From contig OZ336878.1 in the NCBI GenBank assembly GCA_965287045.1, positions 105,834,001 through 105,898,000 on the forward strand: a DNA stretch of 64,000 nt, read 5' to 3'. The translations under genes were made by a program, and so were the position numbers. The DNA comes from Carcharhinus amblyrhynchos (Eukaryota). The notes beneath the pieces were generated by a model. It was not told where the DNA came from and ran no database searches. It worked only from the letters and a program-made list of their open reading frames with translations. This document shows, one piece after another, positions 26,430 to 39,163 of the stretch (the stretch's first letter is position 1; each line of letters begins with the position of its first letter).

Positions 26430-27640
26430 TCATCCAGTCATCGAGGTTTGCAGCATGGAAAGAAGCCATTCGGCACAACTTGTCCATGTCACCCTTTTAA
26501 CCCCTAAGTTAATCACACTTTCTCGCATTTGGTCAATATCCCTCTGTATCCATCGTACCCATGCAAATTTCTAAATGTTTTTTTCAAAAGATACATTTGT
26601 AGCCGTCTCTGCTACTACCTCTGGCAGCTCGTTCCAGACACTCACCACCCTGTGTGAAAAAAATACTCCTCTGGACACTTCTGCATCTCTCACCTTTCAC
26701 CATAAATTTATGCCCTTTAGTTTTAGACTTCCCTTATCTTTGGGAAAACATATTGACTATCTACCTTTTTTCTACGCCCTTCATTATTTGATAGACCTCT
26801 TTAAAGTCAGCCCTCAACTTCCTATGCTCCACAGGAAAAAAAAGTTCGGGCCTATTCAGCCCCTCCTTATAACGCGATCCATCAAGCCCCAGTAGCATCC
26901 CAGTGAATCTTTTCTGCACTCTTTCTAGTTGAATCATATTCTTCCGATAACAAAACTTCCCAACACCAGTATGTAGTGTTCTGACCGATGAAACCAAGCA
27001 TGCCGAATGCCTTCTTCACCACTCTGTCCACTTTCAAGGAGTTATGAACGTGTACCCCTATATCTCTTTGTTCTATAACTCTTCCAACGTCCTACCATTA
27101 ACAGAATAACTCCTGCCCTGGTTCAATCTACCAAAATGAATCACCTCACATTTGTATAAATTAAAGTTCAATCTGCCATTCATCAGCCCACGCGCCCAAT
27201 TGATCAAGATCCCGTTACAATTGTAGACAACATTCTTCACCTACGAGTATGCCACCAATCTTGGTGCCATCTGCAAACTTACTAACCATGCCCCCTATAT
27301 TCTCATCCGAATCATTAATAAAAATTATAAACAACAGTGGGCCCAGCACTGTCCGCTCAGAGACATCGCTAATCACAGTTCTCCAGTTTGAAAATAAAAA
27401 CTCTCTACAGCCATCCTCTGTTTTCTGTCAAGTAGCCAATTTTATATCCATTTAGTTACCTCAACCTGGATGCCGTGGGATTTAAGTTGATGCAACAACG
27501 TCCCATGCGATAGGTTGTCAAAGGCCTTGCTAAATTCTATGTGTACTGCATCAGCTGCACTGCCCTTACCTACCTTCTTGGCTACCCCTTCAATTAAATT
27601 TATAAGACATGATTTTACACTGATTACGCTGATCGAAGAA
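26430..27640 (-). mobile_element. CR1 LINE 3' portion (RT C-terminus plus 3'UTR), degenerate
   Basis: Peptides EFSKAFDNLSHG and LERVQKRFTGMLLGL in broken frames. Confidence 0.85.
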
Positions 27641-27985
27641 GAATTCCAAGAAGACTCAAGGACATGAGCTATGACCCATCCTTTATGCCCTGTAAAATAC
27701 TTCTGTGGTAACCATCTTTCCTGAGTTCCTTCCTGTGTAACATTACCTAATGATTGAGGCATTACTTTTAGAATTTTAGAGCCATAAACTTAGGAAAGGC
27801 GCTTTGACCATCACATCTGCAGCATAAATAATTCACAGTAAAGGTGCATCAACCCAATTTTCCGTATTTGTTCCTTATTTAGAATGTATTAGCGGAAATG
27901 AATCCCGATAAAATAAACTATTCAACTGATCTTCCATCACCAAATTACAAGTTTATTTTTATGGAAACAATGTACACGGCATTAC

Positions 27986-28013
27986 CTTTTTCTTTTGAGA
28001 CAATTTTTTGAAA
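27986..28013 (-). pseudogene. 27-class micro-exon with one extra base (28 nt; FQKIVSKEK-like): pseudo-exon or assembly indel
   Basis: catatatctacag|TTTCAAAAAATTGTCTCAAAAGAAAAAG|gtaatg. Fits the x-x-x-[IL]-x-x-K-[DE]-x pattern only if one base is removed. Confidence 0.55.
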
Positions 28014-29029
28014 CTGTAGATATATGTTTCTCTACCTCTAGGGGATTTTCTATCGTATATTTTCCATGTGTTTTTTTCATATTTTGACCATATATGTATT
28101 CAATGCATTCTGAAATAGCCCACTGAATTCTTCCCATTTAATTACTATTGGTTTACCCATTATCGAGTTTGCCTATTCACTTTTACCAAGTCAGCTGTCG
28201 TTCGCCATCATCATTGCACTCAACGAAGATATAAACATGGATACCGACCACTTCCCACAAATGGAACGTGGAGTTCAATCGCATTATTGACGCTGCTCAA
28301 ATCATTATGAAATTTTCCATCTCATTGCGCAATTCGTGTCTAGTACGGCCGGCTCTTATAAATTCCAGGAACGGCAGCTGAAAGAAACCACGCCGGGAAT
28401 ATTCCATCAGGCTCTCTTTTAGTTTAACTTTATTTTCCATTTCAGTTCGCTGATCTATATGTTGACGAAAATATTAAATGATTATCGCTGTGTCTTGCTG
28501 ACAAACTCCAGTTATTTATCTTGATATCACCATCAACAATTTGGATACACTTAGTGTTCTGTGCATCTGTGCACACTTCATGCTCTTTCTAAATATCATG
28601 TACTCTTCATAATTCAGTTCCCAAACAATTGTCTGCTGCAGCAGTATCTCCGCCATGCCTGAAAAATAGAGCATATTATTGTCGATCTGCGCTCTCTGTT
28701 CATCTGTTTTACTTCAAATGCTACGTGCATTCTATTACAAAAGGTTTAGTTTCAACATTTCATTCTGTTGTATATCATGCAACCTCAGTTGTTGAGTTAT
28801 TGTTTGGTATATACTCTCTAAACCTTCCTCGAGAGAGTTAACTTAACATTTGTCATTTGCAAACTGTTACAGTCCATTAAAAACTGTGCAATAGCAGGGC
28901 AATTCGAACTGCAAACTTAACACAGCTTCGTATACAAGTGGCAACGAATAACATGGAACAAAGTGAACTGGTACTTGTAATATACTTCGATTGACAAAAC
29001 AAAAACACAACAAGCCTACTTAATGAGAT

Positions 29030-30100
29030 ATCGGCCCGTCCTGCTGGGGATAACACATTAGTATGAATCGATTAATTAATTGCTGATATAAAGCAAATAG
29101 TTGCGATAAGAGGGGATTTTTCATTTTAGCAGCACTAACGAGTGGAGTGCCAGAGGAAAGAGTCCTCGGGTCACAATTATTTACAATAAGTATTCATGGA
29201 TTGGACCAAAGGAAATGAATGTGCTATGTCTGTGGGAGGCAAAGAGTAGTTGTGAAGGTAAGTGGCGAATGGTACAAATGGTCTGCTCAAGAATGAAAAC
29301 TGGTACAATAAGTGGGCGAAAACTTGACAGATTGGACATCGTTCAAGCAAATGTGAAGTTATGCCCTTATTGGGAAGAAAATACATTAAAAAATGGATAT
29401 TATTTTAATAGAAACAGACTGTAGAGAACGTGTATAAATCACAAACAAAGAAAAACACCAACATGCAGGTTCAGCAGGTCACAGAGAAACTTAGACGTTA
29501 TTTCAATCTGAAATATGTTTCAAAAAAAGGATGCACTACTAAAATTAGATAAAACACGTAGAAGACTACACGTTGAATGTTACGAACAACTTTGATCTCT
29601 TTACCCGTGGAAATAAATATTTGCTTTGTGGCAATCCAGAGATTGTTCGTTATGTTGGTGCCATTTTTAGGGAATGTACTTAAGAGGAGATGTTCAGTAG
29701 GTTTCGATTATACCGAATGACGTTTAGAAAAAAAGGTCATGTTTAAATGAGCCATTTAGGATACTCAGATGGCTTCGCAAGATAGGTATTGGAGAGTTGT
29801 TTCGCGTCCTGGGAGAGTTTACAAGTAAAGGGCATAATGGAGAGTCACCCATTAAAACATAATGAAGAAGGAAAACTTGTCACTCAGGGCAGTGTACCTG
29901 TGAAATGTTTTACCACAGGTGACTGTAAATGCTGATTGATTCGAAGGATGAAGGCTGACATAGTCGGATTGTTAATCAGTAAGAAAATTAGTAATGGTGG
30001 GGATAATAGGGAAATTGGAATCGAAAATGTAGAAATCAGATCATTAATGGCAGAACTCACTCGACCGATAAAATGACGCGCCCCTCTCCTAATGTTTTCT
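29030..30100 (+). mobile_element. Old CR1 LINE 3' portion
   Basis: agtggagtgccagagg (SGVP), aaatgtgaagttatgc, and CR1-like 3'UTR; decayed. Confidence 0.7.
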
Positions 30101-30339
30101 AGCTGTATGGTCTTCTCAATTTTAAATTCCCTGCAATAATGCATTTCAATTGTCTCTTGTTTCTGCACTTTTAATTACCAAATATTTCCAAATTGTAGCC
30201 CACAATCCGGATGTTCAGATTAACCCCTTATTATTAACAAATTATGTGGCTTCCAAAAAATAGCACCATTGATTTGCAGATTGACAGAAAGATACAGTTC
30301 ACACAAATTTCCACCTCCAGCTTCAATGCCATAACATTG

Positions 30340-30680
30340 GGGCGGCACGTTGGCACAGTGGTTACCACTGCTGCTTCGCAGCTCCTGAGACCTTGGTTCG
30401 CTTCCCGGTTTGGGTCACTGCCTGTGTGAAGTTTGCAGATACTCCTCGTGTCTGCGTGCGTTTCCTCCGGGTGATCCAGTTTCCTCCCACAGTCCAAAGA
30501 TGTGCGAGTTAGGTTGATTGGCCATGATAAAAAATACCCCTTAAAGCCCTGACATGCATGTGTTAGAGAGATTAGCGGTTAAATGTGTAGGATATTGGAG
30601 TAGGGCCCGGGTGGGATTGTGGTCGATGCAGATTGGATGGGCCGAATAGCCTCCTTCTGCACTGGAGGGTTTCTATGATA
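30340..30680 (+). mobile_element. V-SINE (HE1-like), near complete
   Basis: tRNA head with tggcacagtgg (A box) and ggttcgcttcc (B box), V-domain, and CR1-derived tail gggccgaatagcctccttctgcactg...ttctatga. Confidence 0.85.
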
Positions 30681-31059
30681 ACACTACAATGCATTTCTCC
30701 TGCCACCTCCCCCCTCCCCTCCTCCTCCGCCCTCCGTCTTTGAGCCACGCATTCAGCTCTCTATGCTGATTTGCCTTTCGGTTCCTTACACGTGGGACTG
30801 TTATAATTCATCGATTATTATGATGTTTGAATTTTTGTCTCATTTCTTGTTGGCTCGGTCTCAGACTTACTATTTCGAAATTTCATCTTTGTTCTGCATG
30901 TTAGGTAGATAGACGCATACCAAGACAATGCAACCTCCTCTGCAGCTCGGAGCAGTTGTCGAAGCAAAAACAAAAGCTTTTTTTTTCATTTTAGATAGCA
31001 ATTATGTGGAGCGCAAATCACCTCCTGGGCACCTAAGACCTGTCCAGCAATGATGAGGC

Positions 31060-31520
31060 TGAATTCAAGATTGCAATGTAGTATGCTCCCCTTGCTCAAG
31101 GAAATTTGCCACATTATTTGCAAAGCAGCCCACTTCACCTATACCTCGTCCACAATGCTGTCTCGCTCCATCACCGATGTACAATTGTAACAGTTGACAC
31201 CATGCATGTTGATATCTAGGAATACATATTATTTTTCGCAGCTTAGAAAATCAATAATACGACCATCGAGATGTACATGGGCAACAATTACACGGGATCG
31301 CTACCGTTTGTATGTTCCGTTCTAAGAATTGGAATGCGATCGCCTTTCTTCCCCTCTGGCTGGATCGGAATCCTGGCACTTCCTCCCCAGCAGCATTGCA
31401 GGTCAGCCTACACAATATGAACAGCAATGTTTCTATACGTCAGGTCATCACCGCCTTAAATGGCAATTTGTTATGTGAGGTGATTACTGGCACAGACAGT
31501 GATCACCACGTCCAATGAAT
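31060..31520 (+). mobile_element. Old LINE 3'-end fragment
   Basis: Same motif series as 14960-15235 and 57200-58010. Confidence 0.45.
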
Positions 31521-32761
31521 GACTCTATATACAAAATCACATTGATCAGCCCATTGTATATTAGTATTCTCAAAATTGTTCTCTCCATTTCTGTCGTTCT
31601 CAGAGACCCCAATGCATCACTAAAACATTGAAAAATGAAGTAATCAACTTAAAATGAGGAACCAATTCGCCCTGTGCGTCAGAACAAAATCGGCTTTAAC
31701 AAATCACGAGGTCAATATAATAACGTCGTGCGTTCCTTCTCGAAAATCTGATACTCGATAACAACTTCGAGTGTTCGGTCGGTTTGCCGTCAGGGATTTG
31801 CACAGTCCACGAATTCAAACCAAAAATCTCGGTGTACAGTAGCCTGTACTGCAAAGAGGCCACCGACATATGTTTGCATGCATTAGGGAAAAATACAGTT
31901 AACTCGTTAAGTTCATCCTTTGATCATTAAACAGATGGTAACAATGGAAACACAATGTGAAGTCAAACGTTATGCAAAGTTTGGAGAAAATTGTCTGCTG
32001 GAAACTTGACTGTATATGTATTTGCCAGCGATGATTTCCCATCGTAGCGGATGCCCACAACTAAGGTTTGAAGAATCAAAACAACGTGGCATAGACAATA
32101 CAATTTCCAATATCCAGTGCGGGCCTGTCTATTGTGTGACTCATTGCAGACACCAAGCATAGTCGTATTGTCACTATATTTAAAAAAAAAACTTTTTTTA
32201 TGCGGAATTTAATTTTGTACCGCAACAATCTATGACGAGCACAACACGTTTTGAGAAAATAAGCAGACTGAGTTAAGCCGAATATCTATCAAATTAATAT
32301 CAAAGTTTTCAATGCACACATATGACACTTGCCTTTATTTTGAGAAGCAAATTAAAGTATTTCAGTGTATATTGAAGTGAGTTGAATGCTGCCGTTTATA
32401 AATTCGTGGTGACAAAATGTTTGGAAATTAATGTCTCATGCTATCAAAGTGGCTTTGTTATGGTTCTTCGGTCTGCAATCTACCGTCATCTATAAAGTTT
32501 TGTTCGCGTTTCAATAATTTCCAACTCTGCTCACACAGCATTGACATGTACAGTAATATTATTTCGAACAGAAGAAATCTTACTTTGAAGCTTCCTAAAT
32601 GTTGGCCTCCGTAGGTCTAGGGATACGAACATATTTGAGATTCACAGTTAATTTCCAACAGCACATACATTGGCATAAGGACTAATCCAACACTGACATC
32701 CATATTTGATTTCTAAAGGTATATATGTGTATCATTCTGTAACGTTCTCTTGGTTGCATAC

Positions 32762-32791
32762 CTTCATTTTCAACCGGACGATTTTTTATAA
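32762..32791 (-). CDS. Possible micro-exon, 30 nt, (V)IKNRPVENE
   Basis: gatttaattag|TTATAAAAAATCGTCCGGTTGAAAATGAAG|gtatgc. Symmetric with a good donor, but a weak acceptor and an off-pattern peptide. Confidence 0.35.
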
Positions 32792-33108
32792 CTAATTAAA
32801 TCTGCATCATGCATTTTAACATTATGTTGGATATAGTTATTGCGATCTATATTCCATATCCACTAATATGACTTCAAGCTGGTCACTTTACCAATTGAAT
32901 TTAACTAAGTCGGTTACTCAATAAGTAGACAGCAGCTGAGTAAAACGCACGTTCCTTAAAATAATTTGATTAATGGGAAATTCTACTCGGGAATTACGAT
33001 GATACTTATTTTACTTGTAAGCACAGAAATCGTTTTTGTTGTAGTTAGATCGCACATTGTTGAATCAAAGTTTTTTTTTTAATCAAATGATAATTGTTTC
33101 CTATTTAC

Positions 33109-33135
33109 CGAGTTCCTTACGAAGCAATTTAATTT
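33109..33135 (-). CDS. Micro-exon, 27 nt, (E)IKLLRKEL
   Basis: cttttattttgttcag|AAATTAAATTGCTTCGTAAGGAACTCG|gtaaat. Confidence 0.85.
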
Positions 33136-33626
33136 CTGAACAAAATAAAAGTGGAAAACATTGCATTCGCGGATTAGTAGCAGCAGAAATTTATCACATG
33201 GAGTTACGTTACATACATTTCACTTCCAAATATCAATGTACAGTGTTGCCTTTAAGATGCTTTTAAAAGAAACGTATTTTCTTCAATTTCGAAGGATTTT
33301 TTTTTAATCGTGATCCTAGATGTAAATCTGAGCTTTTCGATTTGACTTTCGTCTGGATGCAACCTTAATTTACTAAGGTTTATTTATTTGTGTCACAATT
33401 AAGCTCCGGTAACACGGCAATGGAGTTATTGTGTAAAACCCAGAGTACCCACACTCCCGCGTCTGTTTTGGTAGACTTAAGGTAGAATTTAACGTGACAA
33501 ATACACCTCATAAGCACATCTTTTGGATTCTGGGACGAGCACTATATGTTGTTTCTCAATCAATAATTTACATTATATAAGTAAAACATGTATCCATTTC
33601 ACAACAAGCATAGATAAATGTTCTAC

Positions 33627-33653
33627 CTTCATCCTTTAGACGCAACAGTGCCT
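33627..33653 (-). CDS. Micro-exon, 27 nt, (E)ALLRLKDE
   Basis: tctatttttctaacag|AGGCACTGTTGCGTCTAAAGGATGAAG|gtagaa. Confidence 0.87.
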
Positions 33654-33999
33654 CTGTTAGAAAAATAGACACTCGTAGATATTAAAATAACATCGTTTTG
33701 CGCTACGACTTGCACTGAGCAAATTAAATGATCAAGAATGCTAGCTGGCGCCTTTGGTCAGTAACTGAGAAAATAATTTCAATACGGATAAGGGTCAAAT
33801 GAAGCGTGTTTCGTTAAAAAAAAGCGTAGAAAGACCACGTACCTTGCTCAGAATTAAAAACAAAAAAAACCGTTATTTTCGGAACAACGCATATCTTTCC
33901 GTTTAATGGATTATTTGCATCTGGCTGTTAGTAACGATACAACCTTTGTTTTTATTTCCTTTTAGATGTGTGCTTCACGTGAATTACACATGGTAGCTT

Positions 34000-34325
34000 C
34001 AAAACATATGTTCTAATCCAGTGGGGGAACATAGTTTGAGGATAAGTGGCAAACATTTTGGAACTGAGGTGATGGAGAACTGTTATCAAAAAAGAACAGC
34101 AAATCTGCAGAATTTATTGCCCACAGAACGTGTTTTAACCCAAAGTGGTGTGTGATTTCAAGGGCAAATTAGATGCAGCTCTTGGAGATAAAGAGATGAA
34201 GGAATATTGAGGGGACGTTGGATTAAGGTATTCTATTTGATGATCAGCCATGATCAAAATGAATGACAGAGTGGTTCAGAAAGGCGAATGGACTATTCCT
34301 GATTCTTTGCTCTATGTTTCTTGTC
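34000..34325 (+). mobile_element. CR1 3'-end fragment
   Basis: gggggaacatagtttgaggataag...tgatcagccatgatc...gaatggactattcctg...tctatgtttc tail. Confidence 0.65.
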
Positions 34326-35306
34326 TAGATGTTCGAAAGGCAGTGGTACGGTCAATATCCCAATATGTTTATATTTTTCAAACCTTTAAATTGAGCTAAT
34401 TGCTATTGATGTTTTGTTCGTTTGGTGAAATTTAAAAATAGAAACTCAAAAAATAGTTGGAAACAAATATGTTTTTGCCAGTGACTTTTGCCCAGGGACA
34501 AACCGGGAGGCAAAGGAGAACAGGACAAAGAGAAAATAAAAACAGAGAACTCAATTTCTGTAATAAGAAATCCGGCAAGTCGGCTGGTTAGTGAATTCAT
34601 GGAATATATCGTGAGTGGAATTAGCAGTGAGTTTAAAATTCAAATTCTGCAATATCCAGGTGGGTAGAAAGCGGAAATACATTTCCTAATTCATTATCTG
34701 AAATTCACCGGAATAAACTTATTTGAAACTGAAGATCTCCAAGCAAACATAATATAGACACAATGGTATATCTTCACAGGGCTGTTGTATATTTCCAGGT
34801 TGCGTAGATAAAATAGGTGACACGGTTTTGAAACGTTATCTTGTCTCCTTGTTGAATTGTTCAATTATTTTTGCTGACGTGGTGCACAACACAATTATTC
34901 TGCACTTAATAAACGTTTATTTTCTTGTATTAACAATATACTTTCAGAATCTGGAGAATATGTTCAGCAGCTGACTACAGTTTCATAAAACAAAACAATG
35001 CTTGCATCGACCAGAGAAACATTCACTCTGATTTACTTGCCCACTATTAACAAGAATTGGGTTTATATCGGCTTAAATTGGAAACTAGTCTTCAGCGTAT
35101 TGAGGACTCAAATAGGAAAAGCGACGTTAGAGGTCACTAAAATCACCGAAGGACGCCAATGAAATAGGGTTCAGTTCCAAAAAAGGCCAATTAACAAAGG
35201 AGCACGTGTTTCTAATCATTGTTAGAATTAACTGAATCCAAAAAAAATCAACTCGAGTACATTGTAATAACTTCCATAGGTAAAATTACGTTCTTTACCT
35301 GTTAAA

Positions 35307-35838
35307 TTTAGAGACCGGAGAGCGGGAGTTCTTTCTCCACCTGTAAGCCTTGGATAGTGCATCCAAAGGACATATATTTCTACATCCGGGCGCGGTAAAA
35401 AAAAAAAATACCATGTATATAAGTAAATATACTGACCAATTTAATTGAAAAATCGGGAGCAATCTCGTGCCCGGACAGTAACAATATTATAGAACATCTA
35501 AGCATAAATATGCTTGAGGTTACTATCGCAAACTTAAGTAGCTAGGTTAAAAACAAAAATGAGTGCAAAGTGTAAATTGTCCTTTGTCGGAAAAAAAAGG
35601 ATGACAGACAGTGGAGAAAATCTGGCGTGCAGGATTAAACGGTCACGCAGACTTTGGTACATTGGTGGCGTATGCACATAGTGATTCGAAAATGGCAAGG
35701 GATTAACTTGGCAGACTTCTTTTTACTAGTATTTCTTCAGCGTAATTAGTAAACCACAATTCAGAACGCAGACAAAAAACGAGAAATTTATGGTTGCAAA
35801 TGAGGCTGCATATCCCTGAAAAGTAGAAATAATACTCA
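35307..35838. repeat. Local direct duplication, copy A (~535 bp)
   Basis: Collinear high similarity to 37204-37739, e.g. ctgtaagccttggat..., aatattatagaacatctaagcataaatatgcttgaggttactat, ctgaaaagtagaaataatact. Confidence 0.92.
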
Positions 35839-35985
35839 TATAATGAAGACATGATGGACATGATATCAAAGCGGATATTTCGTATTTTACACGAGCGCTA
35901 AAAGGCTAAAGTGACAGACGATGTCTCATCTAAATGAAATGCGCTCATTCTTTGTCCTTTAAAAGAAGTAGAAAAAAAACCTTAC

Positions 35986-36021
35986 CGACGTCTCGACGAA
36001 TTGCTTCTATTTGTTCCATTT
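35986..36021 (-). CDS. Micro-exon, 36 nt, (E)MEQIEAIRRDV
   Basis: ttcgcattatttttcag|AAATGGAACAAATAGAAGCAATTCGTCGAGACGTCG|gtaagg. Confidence 0.9.
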
Positions 36022-36663
36022 CTGAAAAATAATGCGAACAATAAGTGATGATGCTTATTATGAAAAAAAAATGTAACAGTTCATGTGTGTTAAATCTATC
36101 AGCTCCGATCTGAGTTTAACAATTCATGTCTGTTCGGCAGAGTCTAACAGTGCCTTCAATGCCTATGTGGAAATTTGCAAAGGATGTACATGTTAGGTAA
36201 AACCATACCAGCTCAATTATTCAAATTCTGTTTGGTTTTGCACCAATATAAATGGTTCCATTGTTTTCACAGTGGGCGGAACTCCGGGGCAGTTTGGAAT
36301 TCAGTGCCCTTCTGAAAATTGGCTATTTCGTGCCGTACTTATGTGTGGTACCGTGCCTTTATTTTGAGCAAAGGGCTTGGCGATTGCGATTCTGTCTCGT
36401 ACGGATATGCACCTTTTGGACGTATTTTTGAATTGCTGGTTTAGTAGGTTATTGGTCTCAAACCGATTAGGATTGCTAGCGCAGAGGAGGTGGAATCCAC
36501 AATGGCGAACAGATTATTACCCTTGTTGGGGCAAATATACATAGAACTGTTGCCTGAAAGGCACAGGTAATTTTATTTCCTCAACCACACTGTTACGTCC
36601 AGAATCCTACGCGGAAACTTGTGGGGCTGTGTGACCGCGGTCGCTTGCAGTGTTGTTGAGTAA

Positions 36664-36690
36664 GGGGGCGGGGTGGGGGGGGGGGCGGGG
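36664..36690 (+). repeat. G-tract, G-quadruplex-capable, containing two GC boxes
   Basis: Four G-runs separated by single c/t/c bases, including two GGGGCGGGG motifs. Confidence 0.7.
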
Positions 36691-37203
36691 AGGTTGCGGT
36701 ATGGCCGTTGATGACTTGCTCGGTTGACTGACCGGCTCGTTTGTGCAATGTAATGTCAACAGCGCGTGTTCAATTCCCTTACCATATGAGGTTATTCATG
36801 AAACCCGCCTCCTCAGCTTCGCCGGAGGTGTGTGATGTTCAAGTTAAACATCATCTGTCGGGCCTCCTTCCAAAGGAAAACGTAACCAAAGGTCACCTGT
36901 GCTCTTGGCGACTTTACCTGACCTTACATCGGAATTCTACATATTATCATGCAGGAAAATACTTACCATCCCCCGGTGCAGCCGTGTGTCTGACTTGTGA
37001 CGTTTAATTCATGTTAATTTCGTTCTGGAGCTGCCGACCATGTGCGTTCTAGTTCTATATTTTAACTCACAATTGGAAAAAAAATCCACCGAGGCATGCA
37101 TGTTAAAATCAATCCGGGAAGTTGTTTTTTTTTCCAGCTTCTGAGCAGAAAATTCAAAACATTTTTAGGGTACTCGATGGAATTTATATGTTGAGTCTAG
37201 AGG

Positions 37204-37739
37204 TTAGAGGCCGGCGAGCGGGAATGCTTTCTCCATCTGTAAGCCTTGGATATTGCATCCAGAGGAAATATATTTCTACATCCGGGCGTGGTACAAAAAA
37301 CAATTAACCATATATATAAGTAAATATACCGACCAATTTAATTGAAAATTCGGGAGCAATTCCGTACCCGGAGAGTACCAATATTATAGAACATCTAAGC
37401 ATAAATATGCTTGAGGTTACTATTGCAAATTTTAAGAAGCTAGGTTAAAAAGAAATGAGTGCAAAGAGTAAATGGTCCTTTGTCGGAAAAAAGTAAGATG
37501 ACAGACAGTGGTGAAAATCTGGCGTGCAGGATTAAATCGTCACATAGACTTTGATACGTTCGTGGCATATGCACATCGTGATTCGAAAATTGCAACGGAA
37601 TAACTTGGCAGGCATTCTTTTTCTATTATTATTATTTCTTCAGCGTAATTAGTAAACTACAATTCGGAACGCAGACAAAAATCGACAAATGTACGGTTGC
37701 AAATGAGGCAGCATATCGCTGAAAAGTAGAAATAATACT
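37204..37739. repeat. Local direct duplication, copy B
   Basis: Matches 35307-35838 with scattered substitutions and small indels. Confidence 0.92.
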
Positions 37740-37870
37740 TTTGCGTTACTTGGACAGGTTATGAATAGAAATCAGGAATTTGGTTCGCTAGATTGAAAAC
37801 TCTTTGCAGAAATAAAATTAGATTATAAAAATAGATGTGCCTATTCCCCAGGCCCCTTTCAGACACATTC

Positions 37871-39003
37871 ACCATGGTAGGCTTCTGCAGAAAATGCAGA
37901 TGTATGGGATTGTGGGTAATCTAGGAAGTTGGATCAGGAATTGGCTATCAGATAGGAGACAGAGGGTGGTGGTGGATGGTAAATATTCATCATGGAGTAC
38001 AGTTACGAGTGGTGTGCCTCAGGGATCTGTTTTGGGGCCACTGTTGTTTGTAATTTTTATTAATGATCTGGATGAGGGTATAGTTGGGTGGATTAGTAAA
38101 TTTGCTGATGACACCAAAGTCGGAGGTGTGGTAGATTGTGAGGAAAGGTGTCATAGTCTGCAGGGAGACTTAGATAGGTTGCAGAGCTGGGCCGAGAGGT
38201 GGCGGATGGAATTTAATGCGGAGAAGTGTGAGGTAATTCACTTTGGTAGGAGCAACAGATGTGTCGAGTATAGGGCTAACGGGAGGACTTTGAATAGTGT
38301 GGATGAACAGAGGGATCTAGGTGTGTGTGTACATAGATCCCTGAAAGTTGGGAATCAAGTAGATAAGGTTGTTAAGAAGGCGTACGGTGTCTTGGCGTTT
38401 ATTGGTAGGGGGATTGAATTTAGGAGTCGCAGTGTAATGTTGCAACTGTACACTACTCTAGTGCGGCCGCACTTGGAGTACTGTGTGCAGTTCTGGTACC
38501 CGCATTACAAGAAGGATGTGGAGGCGTTGGAGAGGGTGCAGAGGAGGTTTACTAGGATGTTGCCTGGTATGGTGGGGAGGTCCTATGAGGAGAGACTGAG
38601 GGATTTAGGGTTGTTTTCGTTGGAAAGAAGGCGGCTAAGAGGGGATCTTATTGAAACATATAAGATGATTAGAGGTTTAGATAGGGTGGATAGTGATAGC
38701 CTTTTTCCTCGGATGGAGAAAGCTAGCACGAGGGGGCATGGCTTTAAATTAAGGGGGGGTAGCTACAGGACGGATGTCAGGGGTAGGTTCTTTACCCAGC
38801 GGGTGGTGAGGGATTGGAATGCCCTGCCTGCTGCAGTTGTAAATGCGTCTAGTTTGGGGGCGTTTAAGAGATCTCTGGATAGGTTTATGGACGAAAAGGG
38901 ATTGGTATAGGCTAGTGGGTCATTGTTTTTGTAACTGGTCGGCGCAACATCGTGGGCCGAAGGGCCTGTTCTGCGCTGTAATGTTCTATGTTCTATGTTC
39001 TAT
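37871..39003 (+). mobile_element. Young 5'-truncated CR1 LINE; RT C-terminal frame uninterrupted (ORF 37837-38910)
   Basis: [32 protein letters not shown] and ERRRLRGDLIETYK, followed by a 3'UTR and a (gttctat)n tail. Confidence 0.96.
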
Positions 39004-39136
39004 ATATATAGGTACATCATAACGTGTCAAATGACGTTAATTTAGTTTTTTTTTAATGTAACTTCAGGCTTTTCTCTGTGTTTGTGCGCACATAATTGCT
39101 GTAACATCCAGTAATGTCAGTATGTATATAGTTCAC

Positions 39137-39163
39137 CTGATTTGGTTTCACGTATCTTTGCTT
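39137..39163 (-). CDS. Micro-exon, 27 nt, (E)AKIRETKS
   Basis: ttttgtatttccacgttacag|AAGCAAAGATACGTGAAACCAAATCAG|gtgaac. Confidence 0.85.

Noticed and set aside
28560-28659. Acceptor ctatttttcag followed by GMAEILLQQTI...
   Set aside because: No convincing donor, and the peptide does not fit the repeat.
30870-30892. Donor gtaagt with a 23-nt exon
   Set aside because: In-frame TGA in phase 1 and a weak acceptor.
36959-36970. atacttacc, resembling the U1 snRNA 5' end
   Set aside because: The sequence after it does not match U1; it is simply the reverse complement of a 5' splice site.
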